DNA from: a virus
Strand: one strand, 5' to 3'
IMG/VR virus record: IMGVR_UViG_3300009104_000009
Span: 19,892-83,891 of that record
Length of the DNA stretch: 64,000 bases
Shown here: in pieces, positions 1-9,676 of the stretch
How the letters are laid out: each line of letters starts with the position of its first letter
How positions within the stretch are numbered: the stretch's first letter is position 1
Program-made: the position numbers and the translations under genes
The notes under the pieces: generated by a model
What the model saw: the letters and a program-made list of their open reading frames with translations, nothing else
Database searches by the model: none
What the model was told of the DNA's origin: nothing

Positions 1-963
1 TTCTTTCCTTACCTTAAAGAACATAATATAAAAAATCTTATACATATGGGAGATGTATTTGATAGACGAAAGTTTGTTAATTACAAATCTTTATATGATG
101 CTAAGCATATGTTTTTTGATCCTCTGGCAGAACATAATATAGAATGTCACATGCTAGCAGGTAATCATGATACATTTTATAAAACCACTAATGAAGTAAA
201 CTCTCCGGCACTTTTATTAAAAGAATATTCTAATATTACAACTTATAGTGATCCATGTGAATTAACAAATAGTAATTCAACGTTTGTGATGATGCCGTGG
301 ATATGTAAGGGAAATTATGATGCTGCCGTAGAATTAATTTCAAATACTAAATGTGATATAATGTTTGGTCATTTAGAAATAGATGGCTTTGAAATGATCA
401 GAGGACAATTTTGTGCTGATGGTTTAGATCGTAAATTATTTGATAAATTTGATATGGTCTTTAGCGGACATTTTCATCATAAATCAGATAACGGTACTAT
501 CTATTATCTCGGAAATCCATATCAAACTAATTGGATGGATTTTAAAGATCCACGAGGATTTCATATATTTGATTTTGAAACAAGAGAATTAACATTTGTT
601 GAAAATCCTAATGAAATGTTCCATAAGTATTTTTATAATGATTTAGAATGGACAACAGAGACAGCACAAGAATTAAATTTTGATGCATGGAAAAATTGTT
701 ATATTAAAATAATTGTTGAAAACAAAACTAATCCATATTTGTTTGATGTAATATTAGATAAAATGTATAAAGCTGGAGTAGGAGATGTTACAATTGTTGA
801 ATCCTTTGCTGAGTTAGATAACGAAGAAACTATTATTGATGAGGCGCAAGATACCATGACTATTTTGTCAACATATATAGAACAGATGGAGACTGTGGCA
901 GATAAAAAAAGACTTGATATTTTAATGAGAAACCTATATAATGAATCCTTAACCTTAGAGTAA
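1..963 (+). CDS. gp47: T4 gp47-like recombination endonuclease subunit (Mre11/SbcD metallophosphoesterase), 5' truncated by window edge
   Basis: Motifs GDVFD, GNHD, MFGHLE, FSGHFH. Frame is open from base 1 (FFPYLKEHNIKNLIHMGD). Gene lies upstream of gp46. Confidence 0.93.
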   Translation, partial: FFPYLKEHNIKNLIHMGDVFDRRKFVNYKSLYDAKHMFFDPLAEHNIECHMLAGNHDTFYKTTNEVNSPALLLKEYSNITTYSDPCELTNSNSTFVMMPWICKGNYDAAVELISNTKCDIMFGHLEIDGFEMIRGQFCADGLDRKLFDKFDMVFSGHFHHKSDNGTIYYLGNPYQTNWMDFKDPRGFHIFDFETRELTFVENPNEMFHKYFYNDLEWTTETAQELNFDAWKNCYIKIIVENKTNPYLFDVILDKMYKAGVGDVTIVESFAELDNEETIIDEAQDTMTILSTYIEQMETVADKKRLDILMRNLYNESLTLE

Positions 964-964
964 C

Positions 965-1288
965 ATGGGCGACACTGCAAGTTGGTGGTATAAAGATAGA
1001 CTACCTGAATTACAAAGAGAACTGGAAGCTGAAAAAGATCCGGTAAAAAGAGAAGCGATTAAGAGGAAAATGAGAGGCGATTCAGAACCCACACCTATAA
1101 AAGAAAAAACAGAACAAATTGAACTTGATTTACCTGAGAAACAATTATTTGATTTAATGATTATGGCTCATGAAAATGATATAACGTTAAATCAGCTTGT
1201 TATTCAAGTGCTAACGAATCAACTAAAAGATAATGAATATACATTTGAAAATGGTTCAAAGCCTAAATTTTTAGTTGAGAACGAATGA
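965..1288 (+). CDS. hypothetical protein
   Basis: 107-aa ORF packed between gp47 and gp46 with an ATGA overlap. Confidence 0.7.
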   Translation: MGDTASWWYKDRLPELQRELEAEKDPVKREAIKRKMRGDSEPTPIKEKTEQIELDLPEKQLFDLMIMAHENDITLNQLVIQVLTNQLKDNEYTFENGSKPKFLVENE

Positions 1289-2997
1289 TAACATTTAAAT
1301 CCGTCCGTTACAAAAATTTTTTAAGTAGCGGCAATGTCTTTACTCAGATAGATCTTGATAGATCTAAAACAACTCTTATCATTGGAGAAAACGGAGCGGG
1401 CAAAAGTACTATGCTCGATGCGTTAACGTTTGGATTATTCGGGAAACCATTTCGAAGTGTTAATAAACCTCAATTAGTAAATTCAATTAATGAAAGAGAA
1501 GCGGTTGTTGAGGTTGAATTTTATGTCGGTAAAAAACATATTTTGGTCCGCAGAGGAATTAAGCCAAATATTTTCGAAATAGAAACAGATGGTTCTCAAT
1601 TACAACAAAATGCAAACGTAAGAGATTTTCAAGAATTTTTAGAAAAAAATGTTTTAAAGTTAAATTATAAATCATTTACTCAAATAGTAATTTTAGGAAA
1701 CTCTTCATTTGTTCCTTTCATGCAGTTGAAAGCAGCAGACAGAAGAGATATCATAGAAGACTTGTTAGATATTCAAATATTTTCTTCTATGAATAATGTT
1801 CTTAAAACATATGTATTAGAGAACAAAATAAAAATAGATGAAAATAAATCTTCCAGGGATTTGCTCCAAAATAAAATAGATTTAAAAGAAAATTATATTT
1901 CAAAATTAAAGCATAAAACTAAAACTCTTATAACTGGCTATGAAAAAGATATTACAAAATCTTTAGAAGAAAAAGAATCTCGTTTAACACAAATTAGTGA
2001 ACTTAATAAAACAGTTGAAGATCTTTTAAATGAAGTATCTGATGCTAACGAAGTAACAGAAAAACATGATAAACTTACAGAATATCAACGTTCCATTCTC
2101 AGAAATGTTGATTCCGAACAAAAGAATATCACCTTCTTTGAGTCAAACGATGACTGTCCGACATGTAAGCAGAACATCGACCACGCCTTCAAACACAAAG
2201 AAATTATACAAAAGCAAGAAAAGATCAAAGAATTTAAAAATGCAGTCAATAAAATTGATGGAGAACTTGAATCAACCAGAGCACGATTATCTGCTATACA
2301 ATCAATTCAAGGAAACATACAAAACCATCAAACGTCCATACAAACAATCAATAATGATATAAGTGTAATTGATCAGTATGTTAAAAAACAACAAGATAAT
2401 ATTGAACAGTTAGAACAGGATACTGGTGACATAAAAGAAGAGAAAAAATTATTAAAAGAATACGCAGAAGAATTTAAAGAGATAGAGGCCAAAACAGAAG
2501 AATTGATTGATGAAAAATTTATACATGAAACGGCCAGAAATATCTTGAAAGATGAAGGAATAAAGTCTAGAATAATAAAACAATATTTGCCAATCATGAA
2601 TAAATTGATTAACAAATATTTAACTCAAATGAACTTTTTCGTATCTTTCAATCTTGATGAGAATTTTAACGAAGAAATAAAATCAAGATATAGAGATGAT
2701 TTTACATATGATTCTTTTAGTGAAGGCGAAAAAATGAGAATTGATTTAGCATTATTGTTCACATGGAGAACAGTTGCGAAATTAAAAAATTCAGTTAATA
2801 CTAATTTATTAATATTAGATGAAGTATTTGATAGTTCTTTAGATGGAGAAGGCACTGATGAATTTATGAAGATAGTCAATGAACAAGGAAACAACACAAA
2901 TGTTTTTGTAATTTCTCACAAAGGAGATACCTTATATGACAAATTTAGAGTACATATGAAATTTGAAAAACGAAAAAACTTTAGTGTAATATTATGA
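1285..2997 (+). CDS. gp46: T4 gp46-like recombination ATPase (Rad50/SbcC)
   Basis: Walker A GENGAGKS, CPTC zinc hook within coiled coil, signature FSEGEK, Walker B LILDEVFD, ISH. Confidence 0.96.
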   Translation: MITFKSVRYKNFLSSGNVFTQIDLDRSKTTLIIGENGAGKSTMLDALTFGLFGKPFRSVNKPQLVNSINEREAVVEVEFYVGKKHILVRRGIKPNIFEIETDGSQLQQNANVRDFQEFLEKNVLKLNYKSFTQIVILGNSSFVPFMQLKAADRRDIIEDLLDIQIFSSMNNVLKTYVLENKIKIDENKSSRDLLQNKIDLKENYISKLKHKTKTLITGYEKDITKSLEEKESRLTQISELNKTVEDLLNEVSDANEVTEKHDKLTEYQRSILRNVDSEQKNITFFESNDDCPTCKQNIDHAFKHKEIIQKQEKIKEFKNAVNKIDGELESTRARLSAIQSIQGNIQNHQTSIQTINNDISVIDQYVKKQQDNIEQLEQDTGDIKEEKKLLKEYAEEFKEIEAKTEELIDEKFIHETARNILKDEGIKSRIIKQYLPIMNKLINKYLTQMNFFVSFNLDENFNEEIKSRYRDDFTYDSFSEGEKMRIDLALLFTWRTVAKLKNSVNTNLLILDEVFDSSLDGEGTDEFMKIVNEQGNNTNVFVISHKGDTLYDKFRVHMKFEKRKNFSVIL

Positions 2998-3566
2998 TTA
3001 AACCTTTGTTACCAGAAGGTCATATTGATTTAGAAACAGAAACTATTCCATTTAGTTTCTGGAGTCCTCCTATTAACCCTACTGAATTCCAGGATGAATT
3101 AATAGAAAATATGCAACACTATAAAGGAGCTGGTTTAGCTGCTAATCAATTAGGTTATAAGTATAGTGTTTTTTCTATGAATCACGAAGGAAATAATATG
3201 GTATTGTTTAACCCTCAAATTATTGAAGAGTCTGAAGATTATGTTTGGGAGGTTGAAGGGTGTTTAACATATCCCGGACTGTTCATTAAAATTAAGCGAC
3301 CTAAAAGTTTATCGGCGTCATGGGAAGATGCAAATGGAGAAAATTTTTCAGGTTATTTTTCCGACTTATCCGCTCGGATTTTTCTACATGAGATGACCCA
3401 TATAAAAGGGGAAATTTTTTATGAAGAAGCTAGTCGGTTTCATATACAAAATGGAAGAAGAAAAAGAAGAGCAAATCTTAAAAAAATAAAATACTCGAGT
3501 CCAGCATTATGGCAAAGTCATTTAAACAACAAAAAACAAGAGAGAATTTTAGCAAAGACGTTTTGA
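2994..3566 (+). CDS. def: peptide deformylase
   Basis: Motifs GAGLAANQLG, EGCLT and HEMTH (HExxH). Confidence 0.9.
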   Translation: MIKPLLPEGHIDLETETIPFSFWSPPINPTEFQDELIENMQHYKGAGLAANQLGYKYSVFSMNHEGNNMVLFNPQIIEESEDYVWEVEGCLTYPGLFIKIKRPKSLSASWEDANGENFSGYFSDLSARIFLHEMTHIKGEIFYEEASRFHIQNGRRKRRANLKKIKYSSPALWQSHLNNKKQERILAKTF

Positions 3567-3571
3567 AAAAA

Positions 3572-3679
3572 ATGTCAAAAAAGGAAAGGCGATTCAATAA
3601 GGAATTGGCCAATCAATATGTCGATGATGAAGTCGACGACTTCGAAGAAGAGGAATATGAGTACAGTAACCGAGAGTAA
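3572..3679 (+). CDS. small acidic hypothetical protein (35 aa; not in ORF track)
   Basis: MSKKERRFNKELANQYVDDEVDDFEEEEYEYSNRE fills the gap between def and queD. Confidence 0.45.
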   Translation: MSKKERRFNKELANQYVDDEVDDFEEEEYEYSNRE

Positions 3680-4184
3680 TCAACCCAGAATATACAAATA
3701 TAACAGTACAAAGGAATACGTAGATAAGTTTCCGTGTGCATATAGACAATGGAAAGCAGATAGTCATTGTAATGTTATTCACGGATATAGTTTTAGTATG
3801 AGATTCTTTTTTGGTACTGATCATTTAGATGTTAGAAACTGGGTTGCTGATTATGGTGGTCTGGGAGAACTTAAAAGTTTCTTAGATGAAATATTTGATC
3901 ATACATTGTTAGTAGCAGAAGATGAGCCACACATGGATCTTTATAAACAATTGGAAGCAGCGGGTATAGCAAAACTTACTGTATTACCAAAACTTGGATG
4001 TGAAGGTCTTTCTTCAATGTTATACAAATATATGAATGGAGTGTTTATTCCTGATATGTGGGGGCCAGGTGAAGCGGAAAGACTTTGGTGTTACAGAGTA
4101 GAAGTTCGTGAAACACAAAGTAATATGGCTTGGCGTGAAGGTCATAGAGAATGGAATGAAGATTTATTTAATGTAGACGGATAA
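3657..4184 (+). CDS. queD: 6-carboxytetrahydropterin synthase / PTPS family (QueD-like)
   Basis: SHCNVIHGYS, FDHTLL and EVRET motifs; adjacent to queE. Start at 3657 preferred over 3618. Confidence 0.85.
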   Translation: MSTVTESNQPRIYKYNSTKEYVDKFPCAYRQWKADSHCNVIHGYSFSMRFFFGTDHLDVRNWVADYGGLGELKSFLDEIFDHTLLVAEDEPHMDLYKQLEAAGIAKLTVLPKLGCEGLSSMLYKYMNGVFIPDMWGPGEAERLWCYRVEVRETQSNMAWREGHREWNEDLFNVDG

Positions 4185-4186
4185 AA

Positions 4187-5047
4187 ATGTCAAAAATTAG
4201 ATATTCAGAATACTTTTATAGTATTCAAGGTGAAGGTAGATTTGTAGGTGTACCAAGTGTATTTTTAAGATTGTTTGGATGTAATTTTGAATGTCCGGGA
4301 TTTGGACAGCCCAGAGGACAATTAATTCCACGTGATGATATGCCTTGGAAAAATCTTGACATTAGTCAATACAAAAGCATTGAGGAATTGCCTGTAATGA
4401 AAATAGGATGTGATAGTTCTGCTAGCTGGGCAAAAGAATATATGCATCTAACAACATTTGTAGAACATTTTGCTTTAGCTGAAATGCTAACCGAAATGCT
4501 TCCTGATAATAAATGGTTTTATGAAGAAAACAATCAGGATATTCATTTAGTCATTACAGGTGGTGAACCAATGATGTGGCAAAAACAATTACCAGATTTA
4601 TTGGATCATCCTTTACTTGAAAATATTAAAAATATTACATTTGAAACAAATAGTACATTTGCTTTGACTGATAAGTTTTTTGAATGGTTATATAGATACA
4701 GTTTATATGATCATCACATTACGTGGTCATGCAGTCCAAAATTAAGTATAAGTGGTGAGGATTGGGATAAAGCAATTAAACCTGAAAATTGGGAACAATA
4801 TAAAGAAATTCCTAATTCTCATTTATATTTAAAATTCGTAGTTCAAGATGAACAAGATATCGAAGAAATTAAATCAATAGATTTCGGACCATCTTGGAAG
4901 AATGATATTTATTTAATGCCATGCGGTGGAACAGCTGAAATGTTAGATAACACTAAATTTAATGTTGCAGAAATCGCGATGAAACACGGTTTTAAATATT
5001 CACCCAGATTGCATGTAGATTTATTCGGAAATAAGTGGGGTACTTAA
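4187..5047 (+). CDS. queE: 7-carboxy-7-deazaguanine synthase (radical SAM, QueE-like)
   Basis: SIQGEG, FLRLFGCNFEC...GCDS, ITGGEP, ETN, SPKL, SPRLH. Confidence 0.88.
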   Translation: MSKIRYSEYFYSIQGEGRFVGVPSVFLRLFGCNFECPGFGQPRGQLIPRDDMPWKNLDISQYKSIEELPVMKIGCDSSASWAKEYMHLTTFVEHFALAEMLTEMLPDNKWFYEENNQDIHLVITGGEPMMWQKQLPDLLDHPLLENIKNITFETNSTFALTDKFFEWLYRYSLYDHHITWSCSPKLSISGEDWDKAIKPENWEQYKEIPNSHLYLKFVVQDEQDIEEIKSIDFGPSWKNDIYLMPCGGTAEMLDNTKFNVAEIAMKHGFKYSPRLHVDLFGNKWGT

Positions 5048-5075
5048 TATTATGAATATATAATTTTCCTAAATA

Positions 5076-5477
5076 ATGTATAAGGAGAATTATATGGCTT
5101 CCATTGTTAATATATTTGCAGATCAAGGTTCAGATTATACTTTAACTTTAACCGCCAAAGATGGTGTCGGTAATGTTACTGATTTAACTGGTTATACAGC
5201 TGAAGCATATTTTCAAAAATGGTCTGGTTCAAATAAAGTATATAAATTTACCACAACTATAACAAGTCCTACAACAGGCGCTCTTCAATTAAAATTGTTG
5301 GGATCTGTTTCTGATGATATTCCTTCCGGTCGTTATAATTACGATGTAGTTATTCACAATTCAACATATGATATAACCAGGCGTATAATAGAAGGCCAAT
5401 TACACTTACGACCAACCGCGAGTCCTAAAGGGGCAACTTTACTAGAAACCGGTAACAAATTACTACTTGAAAGTTAA
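5076..5477 (+). CDS. virion structural protein (BppU/baseplate-adaptor-like Ig-fold)
   Basis: DQGSDY..., DLTGYTA, GRYNYDV and IEG pattern; sits at the head of the structural block. Confidence 0.6.
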   Translation: MYKENYMASIVNIFADQGSDYTLTLTAKDGVGNVTDLTGYTAEAYFQKWSGSNKVYKFTTTITSPTTGALQLKLLGSVSDDIPSGRYNYDVVIHNSTYDITRRIIEGQLHLRPTASPKGATLLETGNKLLLES

Positions 5478-5479
5478 AG

Positions 5480-6442
5480 ATGACTTTACTGTACGAAGAT
5501 GGACGACAAGGAGAAGTTAACTTAATTGCATCACGGGATAGCATAGTTCATTTAGGAAATGTTGATTTCGAAAATTTAACAGTTAACTTAAAACCTAAAG
5601 CGGTTGCTGCTGGAGAAAAGGCAGTTGGATTAGGTACCACTAAAGCACCGTTCGGTGATTTATATCTTCAAGGAAACACTCTCACAATATCAACAAAATC
5701 CGTTGGAATAACAGAAATATCTGGAACAGAATATTTGAATTTTGGTTCTAATGTTATGATAGGAACATCTGTTATCACTGGCGATAGATTATTAGCTTTT
5801 CAAGATGAATTAAATACTTCTTCATTAACCGATGTTAATATTGTAGGAATTGCAGACGATAATTGTATACAGTGGGATGCGGATACTTCAAAATGGGTTG
5901 ATGCTGAATATACTCAACCGGAAGATTTAGATCTTTCAGCTAGCCCGATTACAGAATTACTTGATATTCAACCTGATTCTTATCAAGCTGGTCAGATGTG
6001 GCAATATAGTCCGTCAGTTGGTAAATGGAAAGCTTTTAATTCAAACGCACTTGAATGGACAGATTTCAAAGCCACAGGTAGTTTTACAGTTAATTCCGAA
6101 GCAGTATGGACAACAACACGAACAATTCAAATTAATGCGGGAGAGGTTGTATGCGATAGTTTTAGCATAAATACCTATAATTCCGCTAAATATTTTATCT
6201 CCTGCGAAGATTATACTACGGATAATAAAGGTTACTGGGGTGCCCAGGTAACTTTAGTTCATGATGGCGTTTCAGATACTAGTTTCTCAGTTTATAGTGA
6301 AGTAGAATTAGGATCAATTTCAATGTTCCCCGGAATCGCAGCAGATGTATCAGGAGGAAACGTTCGATTAAAAATTACCACTACTTCAGATCAACAAGTA
6401 GTAACTTCTCATCGGACTAGTATAACGAAATATACTTCGTAA
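5480..6442 (+). CDS. virion structural/fibre protein, paralog of 6458-7378
   Basis: T/S/G-rich. Shares ENLTVNLKPKA, APFGDLYLQGNTLTISTKS and SAKY...VHDG...NVRLKITT with the next gene. Confidence 0.7.
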   Translation: MTLLYEDGRQGEVNLIASRDSIVHLGNVDFENLTVNLKPKAVAAGEKAVGLGTTKAPFGDLYLQGNTLTISTKSVGITEISGTEYLNFGSNVMIGTSVITGDRLLAFQDELNTSSLTDVNIVGIADDNCIQWDADTSKWVDAEYTQPEDLDLSASPITELLDIQPDSYQAGQMWQYSPSVGKWKAFNSNALEWTDFKATGSFTVNSEAVWTTTRTIQINAGEVVCDSFSINTYNSAKYFISCEDYTTDNKGYWGAQVTLVHDGVSDTSFSVYSEVELGSISMFPGIAADVSGGNVRLKITTTSDQQVVTSHRTSITKYTS

Positions 6443-6457
6443 CATTTAAGGAATTTA

Positions 6458-7378
6458 ATGGCGCAAGAGTACGCAACCGTACAATTAGGTATAATTGATT
6501 TAGAAAATTTAACAGTTAATTTAAAACCAAAAGCCCCAGAACCCGGACAAAAACCTGCTGGTTTGGGAACTACTGATGCACCTTTCGGTGATTTATATCT
6601 TCAAGGAAATACTCTTACAATATCTACCAAATCAATCGGTATCACAGAACAAGATGGTGTTGAATATTTGGATCTCGGTTCCAATACTAAAATCGGCGCA
6701 ACTACTATTACTGGCGATAGATTATTAGCTTTTAATGATCAATTGAAATTAGGCACGATGACTGATGTTGCTATCGAAGGTGTAGCAAATGGTGATATTT
6801 TAAAATGGAATAAAGCACAAGAAAGATGGGAACCCGGACAAGGCATAACTGCTGATAATTTAGATATATCTAAAAAGACTATCGGTGAATTAAGTGATGT
6901 TACACCATCAGTATATGCAGATGGAATGATGTGGCAATATAATGATTCTTTATCTACGTGGAAAGCCGTTGATACTAGTATGTTAATTTTTACTGATTTT
7001 CAAGTAAAGGGAACATTTACGGTTAATACTGAAGTAACATATTCCACTACTCGAAACTTTACAGTTACTGCTGGCGAGGTTGTTGCAGATAGTTTTGATA
7101 TAAATACTTATCGAACTGCCAAGTACATTGTCTCCTGTGAAGATTATACGGTAGGTGCAAAAGCATACTGGACTGGAGAAATACTTTTAGTTCATGATGG
7201 AACGAATACAAGCCACACAGTATATGGCGAAGTGGAGATAGGGGCGATTTCAATGAGCCCCACTATTGCTTCAGATATAGACGGATCAAACGTTCGATTA
7301 AAAATCACCACTTCTTCAGACCAACAGATGGTAACTAGCCATCGGACAGTGTGTACTAATTATAGTGGTTATTCATGA
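6458..7378 (+). CDS. virion structural/fibre protein, paralog of 5480-6442
   Basis: Colinear similarity to the previous ORF over its full length. Confidence 0.7.
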   Translation: MAQEYATVQLGIIDLENLTVNLKPKAPEPGQKPAGLGTTDAPFGDLYLQGNTLTISTKSIGITEQDGVEYLDLGSNTKIGATTITGDRLLAFNDQLKLGTMTDVAIEGVANGDILKWNKAQERWEPGQGITADNLDISKKTIGELSDVTPSVYADGMMWQYNDSLSTWKAVDTSMLIFTDFQVKGTFTVNTEVTYSTTRNFTVTAGEVVADSFDINTYRTAKYIVSCEDYTVGAKAYWTGEILLVHDGTNTSHTVYGEVEIGAISMSPTIASDIDGSNVRLKITTSSDQQMVTSHRTVCTNYSGYS

Positions 7379-7411
7379 TAACCAATAGTAGAACATTTAA
7401 GGAAATAACCT

Positions 7412-8719
7412 ATGGCACAAGCACAGTTTAGAGTAAGGGGTGGCTTACTATCAGATTCAGATTTAACTCTTAATAATACCCCTACCAATGGATCAGTAGC
7501 AACTGACGGTAAAATTTTACAAATAGACAATAGTTCTAATGTCCATAGCCGCACATTCGCTCAGGTAAAAGGTGATATAGATGCCGGCTTGTTAAATGGA
7601 GTCGTTGCTGGAGATGGTATAGGAGTTACCGCAGTACAGGGTGGTGGAATTGGAACTGATACACAAACGATTTCATTAGATACACCATCCCAAGTAACTA
7701 CTGCTACCACAGATGCGGTCACAGCAGATTCTCATACTCACTCAATTGATCATTCCAATGATACCAGTGGTGCTAGCGCAGCGAAATTATTGTCAGCAAA
7801 TACAACTGGTGGAGTAAAAGTACAAAATCTAGCGGCAGCCGGAGACGCAACGTTTTCCGCGAACGTAACCATTGATGGAAGTTTATTCGTTGATGGTGCC
7901 CTCACATATGTAAATGCAACAAATTTAAGTGTTAGTGATCCTTTAATTACCCTATCAGCAAATGGCGATGCCGTTGCACCAACACACGATCAAGGCCTTA
8001 TGGTCAACAGGGGAACATCAGCAAACACCGCATTTATATGGGATGAATCAGAAGATGAATTTACATTTATTACAACTACTGACGGTGGAACTTCAACAGG
8101 AAGTTTAACTGTTACGACTTATGCTAATGTTAGTTCTTTAGAATATCATGCACGAGGAACAGTTGATGCAACAAGTGGAACTACTGGTACCATCCGAACA
8201 GCTGGTGGTATAGGAGTCGCGCAATCACTTTTTGCCAATGTAGTACACGCAGACGGTACAGCAAATGCTACATCTAATACAACAGGACAATTACTATCAT
8301 CTGGTGGATTAGGAGTTGCAAAAGCGGCCGTGATAGGTGGAGATTTAACTACTTGGACAGATACGTATTCAAAAGATATATCACGAACTTTGACCGCATC
8401 TGCTACTATAGCGGACGGAGCGAACGCTTATTTATTTGAAGTTCCTATAGCCAGTTGGTCAGCAGGTGAATGTGCTTTAAAATTAAAAGCAAGTGCTAAT
8501 GAAACCGAATTTCGTAAGTATCTATTTTGCGAAAGTGGAAGTGGAACAGTAGATAATAACCAATATGGTGGATTAGGCCATGATATTACAGCAACCATAA
8601 CTTTTGAAACAACTGACGGTTCTGGTGGTTCCGGATCATCTCATATTGCAATGAAAGTCGCAAATGCGGATGGGGTCAGTATTACAGCAAAAGTAGAAGC
8701 AACCTTTTATAGTGTATAA
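7412..8719 (+). CDS. tail-fibre-like virion protein
   Basis: G/T/S-rich. Contains NLSVSDPLITL...GLMVNRG...WDES and GGIGVA/GGLGVA fibre repeats. Confidence 0.7.
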   Translation: MAQAQFRVRGGLLSDSDLTLNNTPTNGSVATDGKILQIDNSSNVHSRTFAQVKGDIDAGLLNGVVAGDGIGVTAVQGGGIGTDTQTISLDTPSQVTTATTDAVTADSHTHSIDHSNDTSGASAAKLLSANTTGGVKVQNLAAAGDATFSANVTIDGSLFVDGALTYVNATNLSVSDPLITLSANGDAVAPTHDQGLMVNRGTSANTAFIWDESEDEFTFITTTDGGTSTGSLTVTTYANVSSLEYHARGTVDATSGTTGTIRTAGGIGVAQSLFANVVHADGTANATSNTTGQLLSSGGLGVAKAAVIGGDLTTWTDTYSKDISRTLTASATIADGANAYLFEVPIASWSAGECALKLKASANETEFRKYLFCESGSGTVDNNQYGGLGHDITATITFETTDGSGGSGSSHIAMKVANADGVSITAKVEATFYSV

Positions 8720-8724
8720 ACGAT

Positions 8725-9327
8725 ATGTCAGCAGTACCATTTAAAGCAGCGGGTGGATTGGATGTCGCCGGAGGTGATTTAAAGTTATCTAATATCGGAA
8801 CAGGTACACCAGCCGGTGGTGGAAGAATTCTTTCACTAGCGACAGACGGTACAGCCCATTACAGAACATTTGGTAATTTAAAAGCAAATATAGATGGTGG
8901 TCGATTAGATCAAATTACCGCCGGTAATGGAATGACAGTTACTGCCCTACCAGGTGGTGGTATAGGAGATGATAGTCAAACAGTTACATTAGGAACACCG
9001 GATACATGCACCGTAAGTTCTACAGATGCCGTTACCGCAGGATCACACACTCACGCAATTGGTCATTCTAATGATGTCAGCGGTGCTAGCATGGCAACAT
9101 TGTTATCTGCGAATACGACCGGCGGAGTTAAATTAGAATCTGCTCACGTTGCTACCACGTTAAAATTTACAGATCATGCATCGGCACCCGCAGTAAAAAC
9201 TAATAAGTTATATGCCAATTCTACTTCATTATATTGGGGAACAACTGATTTGCAGGTCGGAAGTGATGCGAATAACCAAGCATTAATGCAAAGTCATGCA
9301 ATTGTAATGGCGATTGCACTAGGATAA
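8725..9327 (+). CDS. virion protein whose N-terminal part is paralogous to 7412-8719
   Basis: Shares HxRTF..K..IDxG, GGGIG.D.Q, TDAVTA.SHTH and LLSANTTGGVK; ends in AIVMAIALG. Confidence 0.65.
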   Translation: MSAVPFKAAGGLDVAGGDLKLSNIGTGTPAGGGRILSLATDGTAHYRTFGNLKANIDGGRLDQITAGNGMTVTALPGGGIGDDSQTVTLGTPDTCTVSSTDAVTAGSHTHAIGHSNDVSGASMATLLSANTTGGVKLESAHVATTLKFTDHASAPAVKTNKLYANSTSLYWGTTDLQVGSDANNQALMQSHAIVMAIALG

Positions 9328-9345
9328 TTTAAAGGATACTTACTC

Positions 9346-9675
9346 ATGGCAAGTGCGTTTAAAAATAGAACATTAAGAGCAGTTGGCACATCTCCTACAG
9401 ATATTGGAGCAGCCGTTGCGGCTAGTACAGAAGTGACTGTAATAGGCTTATCTTTAGCAAATATAACTGGCTCCGGTGCAAAAGCAACTGTTACAATAAA
9501 TGATGGAACAAATACAACTCATATAGTCAAAGATGCAGCTGTCCCTGCCGAAGCTAGTTTAGTAGTGGTCGGAGGAGATATGAAAGTGGTTATGATGACA
9601 GGAGATAAACTTATCGTCACTAGTGATACAGCATCAAGTCTTGACGTCCACATGTCTTATTTGGAGATAACATAA
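9346..9675 (+). CDS. small virion structural protein
   Basis: MASAFKN...VIGLSLAN...SYLEIT, a beta-rich type often found after AIALG-ending phage genes. Confidence 0.6.
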   Translation: MASAFKNRTLRAVGTSPTDIGAAVAASTEVTVIGLSLANITGSGAKATVTINDGTNTTHIVKDAAVPAEASLVVVGGDMKVVMMTGDKLIVTSDTASSLDVHMSYLEIT

Positions 9676-9676
9676 A

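Noticed and set aside
3564-3617. The def stop TGA is in frame with queD across an open stretch
   Set aside because: No SECIS-like hairpin; both proteins are complete separately; a small ORF in another frame explains the gap.
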